Shown piece after piece: positions 38,115-49,923 of a DNA stretch of 64,000 nucleotides. The position numbers and the translations under genes were made by a program. The stretch covers positions 20,555-84,554 of the forward strand of contig JAZSIU010000011.1 of assembly GCA_045533955.1 (NCBI GenBank). Direction: 5' to 3'. Position 1 is the first letter of the stretch. Each line of letters begins with the position of its first letter. The DNA is from Bacteroidaceae bacterium (GTDB taxonomy: Bacteria > Bacteroidota > Bacteroidia > Bacteroidales > Bacteroidaceae). A model generated the notes under the pieces. The model did not search any database. It was not told the DNA's origin and was given only the letters and a program-made list of their open reading frames with translations.

Positions 38115-39083
38115 TTATAGCGTCCAATTAAACAGATAGCCTGAAATAATAATCAACAATGTTACCACGCCGAAAAAGATTCCTATCAGTCGCCAAGTCA
38201 TCACCTTTTTAAGCATTGTAGCTTCGGGAACAGATAGCCCGATGATAGCCATCATAAAGGCAATAGCCGTTCCAAGCGGAATGCCCTTTGCTACAAATAC
38301 CTCGATGATGGGCACAATACCTGCTGCATTGGCATACATCGGCACTGCAAGCACCACAGCAAGTGGCACGCCCCACCAATTTTCCGCCGAGAGGTATTGC
38401 TCAAAGAAGCCTTCGGGCACATAGCCGTGCATCGCAGCACCAATGCCGATACCAATTAGAATATAGAGCAAAACGCCTCGCACAATGCCCCACGACTCAC
38501 GAGTGATAGTAGGCAGTCGCTTGATGAATGGTGTTTTCTCTGCCTCCCATCTTTGGCTCTGCGCCGAAGATTGTGCTTGTGCATCCTTTACCCAATCGCT
38601 TAAATAGGGTTCGAGGTGCATACGGCTCAAAATAAAGCCCGCAATCATCGACAGCAGCGTACCGCTCACTACATAAATCAGCGTTGCTTTCACTCCAAAC
38701 GAGCCGAGGAACATTGCCACAGCAACCTCGCTAACCAGAGGCGAGGCGATAAGGAATGTCAGCGTTACGCCCAACGGTATTCCACCCTTGACAAAGCCGA
38801 TAAAGAGTGGTACCGATGAGCAGGAGCAGAACGGAGTAATACCACCGAAGAGAGCCGCCAAGAAGTAGTCCAAGCCGTAGAGCTTATGCGTGGCGAGGTA
38901 TTGGCGTAGTCGCTCAATGGGGAAGTAGGCATTGATAATGCCCATCACAAAACTTATGCTGAAAAGCAGTATTATAATCTTGATGCTGTCGTAAAAGAAG
39001 AAATTGACAGCAGTACCCAATGGTGTGGCTGCATCTAACCCGAAGATGCCATAGACCAACCAATCTGCAAACCTCTGTATCAT
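38115..39083 (-). CDS. ArsP/DUF318-type permease
   Basis: 322 aa, polytopic. It has the FCSCSSVP motif typical of this permease family. Confidence 0.7.
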   Translation of the reverse strand: MIQRFADWLVYGIFGLDAATPLGTAVNFFFYDSIKIIILLFSISFVMGIINAYFPIERLRQYLATHKLYGLDYFLAALFGGITPFCSCSSVPLFIGFVKGGIPLGVTLTFLIASPLVSEVAVAMFLGSFGVKATLIYVVSGTLLSMIAGFILSRMHLEPYLSDWVKDAQAQSSAQSQRWEAEKTPFIKRLPTITRESWGIVRGVLLYILIGIGIGAAMHGYVPEGFFEQYLSAENWWGVPLAVVLAVPMYANAAGIVPIIEVFVAKGIPLGTAIAFMMAIIGLSVPEATMLKKVMTWRLIGIFFGVVTLLIIISGYLFNWTL

Positions 39084-39313
39084 ACGCCCAACAACTCTTT
39101 AATCTCCTGTTCAGTGGGCACATAGCCCTTGATTTTCACCTCGCCATCAACAACAACAGCGGGGGTTGCCAGGATGTTGTAATTCATGATTTCCATGATA
39201 TCCTCGACCTTGGTAATTGTCGCTGTGATGTTGTTCTCTTTGATGACTTTTTCAATAACCGCGTAGGTTGTCTTGCACTTGCCACAACCCGTTCCTAAAA
39301 TCTTGATTTCCAT
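39080..39313 (-). CDS. small thioredoxin-fold protein (redox-active disulfide protein 2 type)
   Basis: The ATG at 39313 gives MEIKILGTGCGKCKTTY with a CxxC motif. Confidence 0.75.
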   Translation of the reverse strand: MEIKILGTGCGKCKTTYAVIEKVIKENNITATITKVEDIMEIMNYNILATPAVVVDGEVKIKGYVPTEQEIKELLGV

Positions 39314-39318
39314 AATTC

Positions 39319-40026
39319 CTAAATGTAAATTGTTAAACAATAATAAATCCCGATTGAAATAAATAGTATGCCTACCACTATATTGAGCCACTTCTGAATG
39401 GTCTTCATCTTACCATATACCGCCCCAATCTGCCCTGCGCTGAATGCTAATATCCACGCTACAACAAGCACGGGCAAGGCTGTTGCAACAGCAAAAAGTG
39501 CTGGTAACAGATAGCCCATATTTGCGTTTGTCGACATCGGGATCAGCATACCAAAATAGAACACCCCGCTTGTAGGGCAGAATGCCAAGGCAAAGAGTAC
39601 ACCCAATATCAACGCACCGAATCCGCCTCGTCGAGCAAGTCCCTCGCCCTTACCTCCAAAGCCGAATGACGGCAGATTTAGTCGGTTGCCAAATATCATA
39701 AACAGACCGATAAGCAACAAGGCAGGGGGAAGAAGCATCTCGCCATAAGTGGCAATAAACTTTTGAATGCCGAATACGCTTGCACCGCTCCGTAAGACTG
39801 CAATCAACACCACACCAAGCAGTGTGTAGGCAATCGTGCGCCCCAAAGTATAGAGCAAGCCTTGCACAAACACTGCTTTTCGGCTTTCGATATGCTTGCC
39901 AATGTAGCCGATGGCAGCGATATTGGTCGCCAACGGGCAAGGCGAAAGTGCCGTGAGTAGTCCGAGCAGAAATGCTGTTACTGCGGGCGTTGAGGAACTA
40001 TCCAACAGTGATTGTAACCACTCCAT
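39319..40026 (-). CDS. CcdA/DsbD-type thiol-disulfide transmembrane electron transporter
   Basis: 235 aa, about 6 TM segments. Conserved Cys-Pro contexts (LSPCPLATN, AFCPTSG). Confidence 0.75.
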   Translation of the reverse strand: MEWLQSLLDSSSTPAVTAFLLGLLTALSPCPLATNIAAIGYIGKHIESRKAVFVQGLLYTLGRTIAYTLLGVVLIAVLRSGASVFGIQKFIATYGEMLLPPALLLIGLFMIFGNRLNLPSFGFGGKGEGLARRGGFGALILGVLFALAFCPTSGVFYFGMLIPMSTNANMGYLLPALFAVATALPVLVVAWILAFSAGQIGAVYGKMKTIQKWLNIVVGILFISIGIYYCLTIYI

Positions 40027-40030
40027 AGCG

Positions 40031-40462
40031 TTAGTTATTAAGCATTTCTGTTATTCTCTCAGACAAACCCTGCTTGAACTTATCGGGAGCGGTGCGGGCA
40101 TTGCCAAAGGCAAATTCCGTCAGGTTTGTTGCACTCTCCTCTCCGCTTGTGTCGTAATCAACGAGAATAAGCGATGACCAACTAACCTCGTATCGCCCGG
40201 CAAGAGCCTCCTCCTTGGTAATATCCACCGAGCGAAATACCAACTTGCCGCTTTTCAACGGCTCAGCATAAGCCGCCTCTAACAACTCCTTGGTGTTCTT
40301 CTCAATAGCCATACAAGTAGCACAACGTTGCGCTCCGTGGAAGTAAAGCACCTCAACAACATCTTTTTTTGTCTGCTGATTTTCAGTCGCACTCTTGGTC
40401 TTGCCTCCCGAGCAAGCCACCATACCCATACATAGGGTAAGAATCACTAATACTTTTCTCAT
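40031..40462 (-). CDS. thioredoxin-fold lipoprotein with a CxxC motif
   Basis: The ATG at 40462 gives MRKVLVILTLCMGMVACS (lipobox). It contains CATC. Confidence 0.6.
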   Translation of the reverse strand: MRKVLVILTLCMGMVACSGGKTKSATENQQTKKDVVEVLYFHGAQRCATCMAIEKNTKELLEAAYAEPLKSGKLVFRSVDITKEEALAGRYEVSWSSLILVDYDTSGEESATNLTEFAFGNARTAPDKFKQGLSERITEMLNN

Positions 40463-40528
40463 AGCTTTGAATTTTATATTATTTGTAGTTCGTAGAACAA
40501 CGAACATTGTTTCCCAAAAAAGAGGCTG

Positions 40529-40861
40529 TTATTTACAGCAACCCTCCTTTTTGCAGGCGCAGTCGTCGAAAAACTCAACGAACAAAGCCTTTGCAAGTCG
40601 CCAATTCTCTCGGTTGATACAATACTTAACCTTCGGTGTTTCGACCTCTCCCTGTATCAAGCCCGCCTCTTTTAACTCTTTGAGGTGCTGCGATACGGTA
40701 GCTTTGGCAATCGGCAACTCCTCGTGAATATCTCCGAAATAGCAGGTTGTCTGCCGAGCAAGAAAATTCATTATTGCAATACGAGCAGGGTGTCCCAACG
40801 CCTTTGCAAAGCGTGCAACTTGCTCTTGCTTAACGGTATAGTTCTTATTTGCCATTGTCAT
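40529..40861 (-). CDS. ArsR/SmtB family transcriptional regulator
   Basis: The HTH segment is [18 protein letters not shown]...[16 protein letters not shown]. It has a C-terminal Cys cluster (CACKKEGCC). The start is at 40861 or 40855. Confidence 0.85.
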   Translation of the reverse strand: MTMANKNYTVKQEQVARFAKALGHPARIAIMNFLARQTTCYFGDIHEELPIAKATVSQHLKELKEAGLIQGEVETPKVKYCINRENWRLAKALFVEFFDDCACKKEGCCK

Positions 40862-41059
40862 TAGCCGTTTTGTTGTTCGCAAATATACGAACAATAGTTG
40901 AAATTCCAAATAAAATACACATTTTTTTTACATTAAACATAAAAAAGAATGCAACAAAAAGAAATATAAATGTTAGAAGGTGTGCCAAAATTCAAAAATT
41001 TGACACACCTCCCATTATTTGTATTAATACCTATCTTTACTCCATTAAAATGGGTTGAA

Positions 41060-43213
41060 TTATTGCTTTGTCAAGATTACCACTGCATTGCTATATGCAG
41101 CTGAGGCGTCAATCAATTCAAGGAACATAGGCCAACGATCAATCGGTTCGAAATATCTGATATAACGCTCTTGAACTCGAAGTGTCAATACATTATCAGC
41201 TACTTTTGCTTGTGAGACAAACATTCCGCAATCGTTTGATACTGACTTATTGAGTAATTGCATACTTTCTTCGGTCACAGTGTAGCCTTCGGGAATTGCG
41301 AATGTTATCGTGTGACGATATTGATTGGGCGATGAACGGAAAATATGCGATTGGCGATTACGTTCCTCTCCTTCCACCTTATACTGGTCTCCTATCAATC
41401 GTCCCAATGATATCACTATATCATCTCCTGCTCGTTTAACAAGCCCCTCAACCTCGCAAGTCATATTATAATCCACTGTAGGTTGGTCGGGCGTGCCTCC
41501 TATTGAAGTAATATTATAGCTATGAATTGTAGATGGTTTTACTCCTAAAATCACCTCAGCTTCTTGTTCAAACACTTCGTCGAGACGTTTTTTCACTTCT
41601 ACAGAGTCAACTTTTAATTTAGCTCGTTTCTTTTCAGGTATTTCAAGATAATTTTCAACAGCCCGCATCCATGCGTTATAATCCACCATGGCCGATACTA
41701 TTGTTTTCGTTGCTCCTTTCATTTTCATACTTCTCGATAAGTTGAGAATATTGTTATCATCTTCATTTAATGATACCTCAACCGTAGAAGTCACCGAATT
41801 GTCAGATGAACGAGTCGCCGGGATTGTAATCAACGTTGCTTGTTGTTTATTATAGTCTTCATCATTGCATTTAAAAATAGCCGCTTGCTCACCATTATAC
41901 ACACCCGGCAATTCCCCCGGCAACAATGTTAGATTTCCGGTAACGATATAGCATGTATCTCCTACCGCTCCAATGTAATCCGGTTCTTTCCAGCTAATAA
42001 TTGAGGTAACAGGCACATCATTTCGAGAATTTGTCACACCGATACCTACATTATCTTCTATTCCAATTTTTTTCAACACGTTGGCAAAATACATTGGGAT
42101 AGTCATTGATGAGTGGGATTTATCATCACGTAATCCCGAATATATAGTTGCCAACCATGAGGCATCAACCAATTGACTTCTTGTGGCCTCGGGGTGCAAT
42201 TTCATATAATCTTTCATTATCCTTGTTGCATCGCTCACAATATCTTTAGTGAGAGTAGGTGTCACATCGGTCAACACATTTGAGATATCAGTAAAATATG
42301 TATCGGCAGGCAATCCGCAATACACACCAATACGCGCGCTTTTGGGCTTATATGCCAATGAACCTCGCTGATTATTCATTACATACATTTTTATAAATGG
42401 GAATTGGCGTTTGGGAGCCATCCAATTACCCGGCTCACGCTTGGGGACATTTATCGTCTCAACTCCAAGCACTCGCGTTTGATCTTTTGTTATAAAACCG
42501 GTCAACAATGGCGCACCATTATAATTACGATATTCAACCGTTAGCTCAGGATCGATGCTACAATGTATTCTATAATACATCATTGGATATTTACGAGAAA
42601 AAGAAAACACAAATGGGTCTAAGTCAAATTCATCGAGCCACACCTCATCATAATAGAAATATTCAAGCACATCACCGGGTTCCAATCCGGGTATCGCCAC
42701 GATTCGTTCTACTGTTTTTTCTTTCTTACCCTCTTTCACATCAAAAGCCTTGCTACAATCCACATCTATAATTGTGCCATCGGGTTTTATCACTCTTGCG
42801 CCAAAGGCCGATGAGGTATATTGATATGAATACCCGGCAAAACCTTCCTCGCCTTTTGTATCCAAGTCAAACTCGGAATAATCTTCAACCGCTTTTTTAT
42901 CATTGAGTTTTATCATTATCCGTGAAAATGATTTCATATCAATGGCATTGGTAAAAGCCTTGCCATAGTGCGAATATTTATTGGCATTTAACTGCTCAAC
43001 ACGCTTCACTTCCACATTACTATATGCTGCAATTATCACAGCCGACTCATCTTTATATAAACTATCCGGGATTTCTTTTTTAGCATCAAAATCCGACAAA
43101 TTCATTCCCCATACTTTTTCAGCCGCCTTTTTAAAAAACTTAGCATCATACTTTGCCCACATTGGCATTATTGCAACAAATACTACGGCTAATGTTGTTA
43201 ATAATCGTCTCAT
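41060..43213 (-). CDS. secreted DUF3857/DUF3858-type protein
   Basis: 717 aa with a signal peptide (MRRLLTTLAVVFVAIMPMWA). It is paired with a transglutaminase-like paralogue, as is common in Bacteroides. The family call is from memory. Confidence 0.5.
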   Translation of the reverse strand: MRRLLTTLAVVFVAIMPMWAKYDAKFFKKAAEKVWGMNLSDFDAKKEIPDSLYKDESAVIIAAYSNVEVKRVEQLNANKYSHYGKAFTNAIDMKSFSRIMIKLNDKKAVEDYSEFDLDTKGEEGFAGYSYQYTSSAFGARVIKPDGTIIDVDCSKAFDVKEGKKEKTVERIVAIPGLEPGDVLEYFYYDEVWLDEFDLDPFVFSFSRKYPMMYYRIHCSIDPELTVEYRNYNGAPLLTGFITKDQTRVLGVETINVPKREPGNWMAPKRQFPFIKMYVMNNQRGSLAYKPKSARIGVYCGLPADTYFTDISNVLTDVTPTLTKDIVSDATRIMKDYMKLHPEATRSQLVDASWLATIYSGLRDDKSHSSMTIPMYFANVLKKIGIEDNVGIGVTNSRNDVPVTSIISWKEPDYIGAVGDTCYIVTGNLTLLPGELPGVYNGEQAAIFKCNDEDYNKQQATLITIPATRSSDNSVTSTVEVSLNEDDNNILNLSRSMKMKGATKTIVSAMVDYNAWMRAVENYLEIPEKKRAKLKVDSVEVKKRLDEVFEQEAEVILGVKPSTIHSYNITSIGGTPDQPTVDYNMTCEVEGLVKRAGDDIVISLGRLIGDQYKVEGEERNRQSHIFRSSPNQYRHTITFAIPEGYTVTEESMQLLNKSVSNDCGMFVSQAKVADNVLTLRVQERYIRYFEPIDRWPMFLELIDASAAYSNAVVILTKQ

Positions 43214-43221
43214 GGCTCTAA

Positions 43222-45033
43222 TTATTTATGAATTAATACAATCTGTTCGCTATTCGCTTGCTTAAGTTCTCGCGCTAATTTATTCCACAGTTTAGCGTCG
43301 TCCAATTCAATCAAGCGTTCTTTTGTCACCACATGTGATTTACATTTAATCTCATCTCCGATTACCTCATAAGCAATTGACGCACTAAACCACTTATTTT
43401 CGACATCATACGTTGCAGGCAACGAACCTACTTGATAATCTGATGGAATTTTGATACTTATTTCACTAATCACGCTATTACAATATGACAACAATATATC
43501 GTTTTTACGCTTCTTAATATCATAAGTTGCTATATCAATTTGTCGCAAAGGCTGTATATCGATATACAACTTACCCGACAACGACTGACAAGCATCATTT
43601 TCCATCACTTTTGCGGTCAAAATCGTTTTGTAGGCCTGCGCCTCATCTCCCGATATTTTCACATCGTCAACTACAACATTCTTTTTGGGGTAACAAATAT
43701 ATTTCGACAATAAATCAATTTTGTTTGTCGCATTAACCGAATAATATGCACCACACAACATCATTTTATCAACCCCTTCAAGTTCACGTTTCACTACTCC
43801 TATAAGGGCATTTTTCTCAATCTCGTATGTCGCAGTCAATTTATCCTTATTAACTTCAGGAGGCATAATAGGCACATTTTTCAACATATAATTTTCGCCA
43901 TCTTCTATAAGTGCTTCGCGTCCTTGAATACTCGGCGAATAAACTCCCACCGGCAAATATGTTGAGGTTCCATCGATATAGAGTATAGAATCGCCCTCTA
44001 CCACTGCACATATCATATGGTTTCCCGAAGATAATGATGGCACCTCACTCCATATTGACCCAACATCGTCAGTGCCTATCCACACTAATCGAGCATCAAA
44101 TCCCACTGCAATCAACATTGATTTAAGCAATGCCGACATTCCTTTGCAGTCACCATAACGTTTACGCAACACCTCGCTTGCCAAGTCGGGACGAGTGCCA
44201 TATTCTCCATGCTCCACAGCGATATAACGTATGCGATTTTGCACCCATTCCACTAATTTATTTATTTTTTCTTTATCATCAGTGCAACCGTCCACTATCT
44301 CCATCGCCTGCGCTTTTACCGTTTCTAATGCCGGATCGGGGTCGAGGGTTAATCCATGAAGATATTTATACAAATCGCCTACGGTCTGGTATTGACCTAT
44401 TATATAAATACGTGGCATTGTGACCGACGCATCGGGCGAATCTTCCTCATTTTCAGGAGCAGGCATATCGGTTATTTCATACACATAAATTCGTTCACCT
44501 TTCTTTCCCTCCTCCACTTTTTTCACGATATTAGGCGTAAAAGATTTTTCCACAATCCTCACTCTATTTATAAGAGGCAGAGGGACCTCTATTCTCACCA
44601 CCTTTGATTTCATATCATAAATCTCAGGGAATAGCACTTCGGTAAAATGATCGGCTCGGATATAAGTTTTATCAAATACCGCCTTGACCGTCTTACCTTT
44701 CTCTTTAAGTGGGATATCGAGATAACACACTTTTGAATCGGTATAAAAAATATCTTCGGGAATCCAATGTCGATACTGCGCCTTCGCACCCGACGCCGAA
44801 GCCTTGTCGATTTTTACATAGTCGTCATAAAATTCAAGTGCCAATGCATTGCCGGCCGTACGAGTGGCTTCATATACAATTTCTTTGTGTGCTTTTACCT
44901 TTGATAATGAGGCACCATCTTTTGAAGCCTCAATTTTATATGTTTCATTGCTCGATGCAATAACTATATTATCATTCGACGCAAGCACCACTTGCGCAAT
45001 TAATATCAATAATGGTATCAGATAATATCTCAT
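43222..45033 (-). CDS. secreted transglutaminase-like (papain-fold Cys) protein with a DUF3857-like N-terminal region
   Basis: The ATG at 45033 gives a signal peptide. The transglutaminase-core context is YGDCKGMSALLKSMLIAVGFDARLVW. Confidence 0.65.
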   Translation of the reverse strand: MRYYLIPLLILIAQVVLASNDNIVIASSNETYKIEASKDGASLSKVKAHKEIVYEATRTAGNALALEFYDDYVKIDKASASGAKAQYRHWIPEDIFYTDSKVCYLDIPLKEKGKTVKAVFDKTYIRADHFTEVLFPEIYDMKSKVVRIEVPLPLINRVRIVEKSFTPNIVKKVEEGKKGERIYVYEITDMPAPENEEDSPDASVTMPRIYIIGQYQTVGDLYKYLHGLTLDPDPALETVKAQAMEIVDGCTDDKEKINKLVEWVQNRIRYIAVEHGEYGTRPDLASEVLRKRYGDCKGMSALLKSMLIAVGFDARLVWIGTDDVGSIWSEVPSLSSGNHMICAVVEGDSILYIDGTSTYLPVGVYSPSIQGREALIEDGENYMLKNVPIMPPEVNKDKLTATYEIEKNALIGVVKRELEGVDKMMLCGAYYSVNATNKIDLLSKYICYPKKNVVVDDVKISGDEAQAYKTILTAKVMENDACQSLSGKLYIDIQPLRQIDIATYDIKKRKNDILLSYCNSVISEISIKIPSDYQVGSLPATYDVENKWFSASIAYEVIGDEIKCKSHVVTKERLIELDDAKLWNKLARELKQANSEQIVLIHK

Positions 45034-45231
45034 AATCAGCTTTTGTGTAATGTACATTTATTGGTCTAATTGACCACAAACCTACAAAAAATAAGGCAAA
45101 AATCAAAAGAAATGTCCTATATTATCTACATTTCATCTATTAAATTTCTCATTTAAAGACTATTTCTTTCAATTTTTATCAATCATTATATGACAAAATG
45201 CTCGATTTCATACTCTAATCAAGCATTTTTG

Positions 45232-45239
45232 CAAATATA
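45232..45239 (-). promoter_or_regulatory. -7 promoter-like box TATATTTG, with a G9 tract 11 nt upstream on the minus strand
   Basis: TAnnTTTG match on the minus strand. It is about 200 nt upstream of the ATG at 45033, so the assignment is uncertain. Confidence 0.3.
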
Positions 45240-45250
45240 GATAATATTTA

Positions 45251-45259
45251 CCCCCCCCC
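45251..45259. repeat. C9 (G9 on the minus strand) homopolymer
   Basis: Nine consecutive C in an otherwise AT-rich divergent intergenic region. Confidence 0.9.
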
Positions 45260-45440
45260 AGTTAAAATATCTTAAATCAACTTTTAACAAGGAATTCCTC
45301 TCATTCTTAATTTTATGCAATTCTAAAGTCAGATTTTAGAATTAAATAGATTTTCATAAAGTTTATATCATATTCTTCATATATACCCAAAGAGAGAGAT
45401 TTTAGAGGCAATGAGATGCCGCAATTAGTAATATTTTCCT

Positions 45441-45448
45441 TATCTTTG
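45441..45448 (+). promoter_or_regulatory. -7 promoter box TATCTTTG
   Basis: TAnnTTTG match 63 nt upstream of the ATG at 45511. Its context AATATTTTCCTTATCTTTG is nearly the same as at 46057. Confidence 0.4.
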
Positions 45449-45510
45449 TATCTAGATATTAGTTATTCAAGGCTAATGAAATTTATATCTCCTTTTTCAA
45501 CGAAATAATT

Positions 45511-45945
45511 ATGAAAAGATTTTCTATTTTAAGCATCGTTATTTATGTAGCGTTATTTTTCACATATAGTTGTAAATGTGCCCAAAACACCAATTATATA
45601 GAAAAGGAAGAACAAACCATTGCGAAAAAACAAGCGATTATATTAGATGATGTAACCGATGAATATAGCGCGACTCTCAACGATGAGCTATACTATACTC
45701 ACGAAGTTCATGCATCGGTAGGTAGCTCGTATTATGCCGAGTTTGACTCTTCGGCATTTTTGATGCGTAGTGCTATGAAATTCAACAATCCCGCATCAGA
45801 AAGAGCCATCACATGTGGAGGAGATAGAGGTAAAAAAACATCTATATTTATTCCTCAAAAAGCCGGTAACTATGAAATTAAAATATACCACAATTTCCGT
45901 GGCGAAATAACCGATTCTTTAACTTTTAAAGTCAACGTTAAATAA
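45511..45945 (+). CDS. small secreted protein, possibly a chagasin/I42-like peptidase inhibitor
   Basis: 144 aa with a signal peptide. It is beta-rich, and the CGGDRGKKTSIFIPQKAGNYEIKIYHNFRGE segment vaguely resembles the I42 G-x-G-G...R-P-x-E region. This is weak. Confidence 0.3.
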   Translation: MKRFSILSIVIYVALFFTYSCKCAQNTNYIEKEEQTIAKKQAIILDDVTDEYSATLNDELYYTHEVHASVGSSYYAEFDSSAFLMRSAMKFNNPASERAITCGGDRGKKTSIFIPQKAGNYEIKIYHNFRGEITDSLTFKVNVK

Positions 45946-46037
45946 ATACATTGTAGTTATTCTACAATTTAACCAAAAAGAAATTTACTGTTTGCAATAA
46001 TTGCAATTTTTGAAAAATTGAAATGAATGAGGGATAG

Positions 46038-48287
<2,250 letters not shown>

Positions 48288-48312
48288 AAACTTCATTAAA
48301 TCTTAAAAAGCA

Positions 48313-48354
48313 AAAGCGATGTTTCAAAAAGTTGACACATCGCTTTGTTTTTTT
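48313..48354 (+). terminator. Rho-independent terminator after GH97
   Basis: AAAGCGATGT/ACATCGCTTT stem followed by a T-run. Confidence 0.75.
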
Positions 48355-48376
48355 GGGAGTATGACATCACTCAATT

Positions 48377-48871
48377 TTAGATTGCTGTGTGTGCAACTAA
48401 ATACCATTTGCCCTCAATTCGCTTAAATATATACAAAACACCCATTGTAATTTGACCGTCTTCGAACAATTCACCATAAACATAACACACTCTGTCGGCC
48501 GATACATCAAACCATGACGACGCCATTTCTTGCCAAAATGGTTCTTCTTCAGTAAAAAACAAGACTTTTTCACTTTTTACAATAGTTAGACCTAGTGGTA
48601 AATAAGGTTCTAAATAAGGTTCGGGAGGATTGTTTCCTCCATAAAACGCCTTATCAAGTTTGAAGCGCTCTTTGATAAAGGCCGAATCTCTGTCATATGT
48701 TTTAAACAAGAATTCACAAAATGGCTCCTCTCCTTGATTACATGGAGCATTTCTATCTAATATCATCGCATTAGATTTCTCATCAAAACGAGGATTTAGA
48801 TTGCTATATTCATTGGCAAGTGTCGAAACTCCAATCATCATCACAATCAAAATCAATAATAACTTTTTCAT
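48377..48871 (-). CDS. hypothetical secreted protein
   Basis: The ATG at 48871 gives MKKLLLILIVMMIGVSTLA, a signal peptide. Confidence 0.5.
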   Translation of the reverse strand: MKKLLLILIVMMIGVSTLANEYSNLNPRFDEKSNAMILDRNAPCNQGEEPFCEFLFKTYDRDSAFIKERFKLDKAFYGGNNPPEPYLEPYLPLGLTIVKSEKVLFFTEEEPFWQEMASSWFDVSADRVCYVYGELFEDGQITMGVLYIFKRIEGKWYLVAHTAI

Positions 48872-48917
48872 ATCTACTTTCTTCAAACAAATCATTTTTT
48901 TATCATAAACAATTCTC

Positions 48918-49862
48918 TTATTTCAAACCTCTAAGAAAATCAGCCGTAGGCATACGTTTTTTGCCTGCTGCTTGGAGCGATAGGATCTCTATACGCTTAT
49001 CGACACAATCGACATATAGATGACTCGATTCAATGGTAAATCGACCAGGTGTGAGCGTTCCACTCCACTCTACAACTGCAGTTTCAAATACTTTCATTGT
49101 AATTGGGTCGCGTCCTTCTTGCTCAAATGTGGTCCACGCAGCAGGATATGGCGAAAGACCACGCACAAGGTTATGAACCTCAACTGCCGATTTATTCCAA
49201 TCTATCAAACATGTATCTTTGAAGATTTTTGGCGCCGGAGTGGGCTCTGCTCCTTGCAAAATCTCATCTTGAGGGATAGGTTTAAGATCACCGGCTATAA
49301 TATGGTCGATTGTATCAATTGTGAGGTCGGCTCCAAGCATCATAAGTCGGTCGTGCACATCTCCAACGTTGTCGGTAGGAGCTATTTCAATGCGTTCTTG
49401 ACGAATGATGTCGCCGGTATCTATTTCATGTTTGAGGAAGAACGTAGTAACCCCTGTTTCGGTATCGCCATTGATTACCGCCCAGTTAATAGGAGCTGCG
49501 CCACGATATTTAGGCAACAATGAGGCATGAAGATTAAACGTTCCAAGTTCGGGCATCGACCACACTACCTCGGGGAGCATACGGAAAGCTATCACCACAA
49601 AAAGATTTGCTCCAAGTGAGCGCAATTCCTCAACAAATTGAGGGTCCTTGAGATTGACCGGTTGGAGTAATGGCAAATTATTTGCCACGGCATATTGTTT
49701 TACCGGAGAATGGAGCAATTTGTGCCCACGACCTGCGGGCTTGTCAGGCATTGTTATCACTCCTACTATATTATAGCCACCTTCATGAATGCGACGGAGG
49801 CTTTCAACTGCAAAATCGGGAGTTCCGAGAAATACTATTTTTAGATCTTCTTTTTTCATCAT
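48918..49862 (-). CDS. fmt: methionyl-tRNA formyltransferase
   Basis: 314 aa with IVFLGTPDFAV, NLHASLLPKYRGAAPINW and a C-terminal Fmt domain. Confidence 0.92.
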   Translation of the reverse strand: MMKKEDLKIVFLGTPDFAVESLRRIHEGGYNIVGVITMPDKPAGRGHKLLHSPVKQYAVANNLPLLQPVNLKDPQFVEELRSLGANLFVVIAFRMLPEVVWSMPELGTFNLHASLLPKYRGAAPINWAVINGDTETGVTTFFLKHEIDTGDIIRQERIEIAPTDNVGDVHDRLMMLGADLTIDTIDHIIAGDLKPIPQDEILQGAEPTPAPKIFKDTCLIDWNKSAVEVHNLVRGLSPYPAAWTTFEQEGRDPITMKVFETAVVEWSGTLTPGRFTIESSHLYVDCVDKRIEILSLQAAGKKRMPTADFLRGLK

Positions 49863-49923
49863 TTATTTTTTTAATTCATAATGCATAATTCTTAATTCAT
49901 AATTTCGCTCTCCTCATTATATT

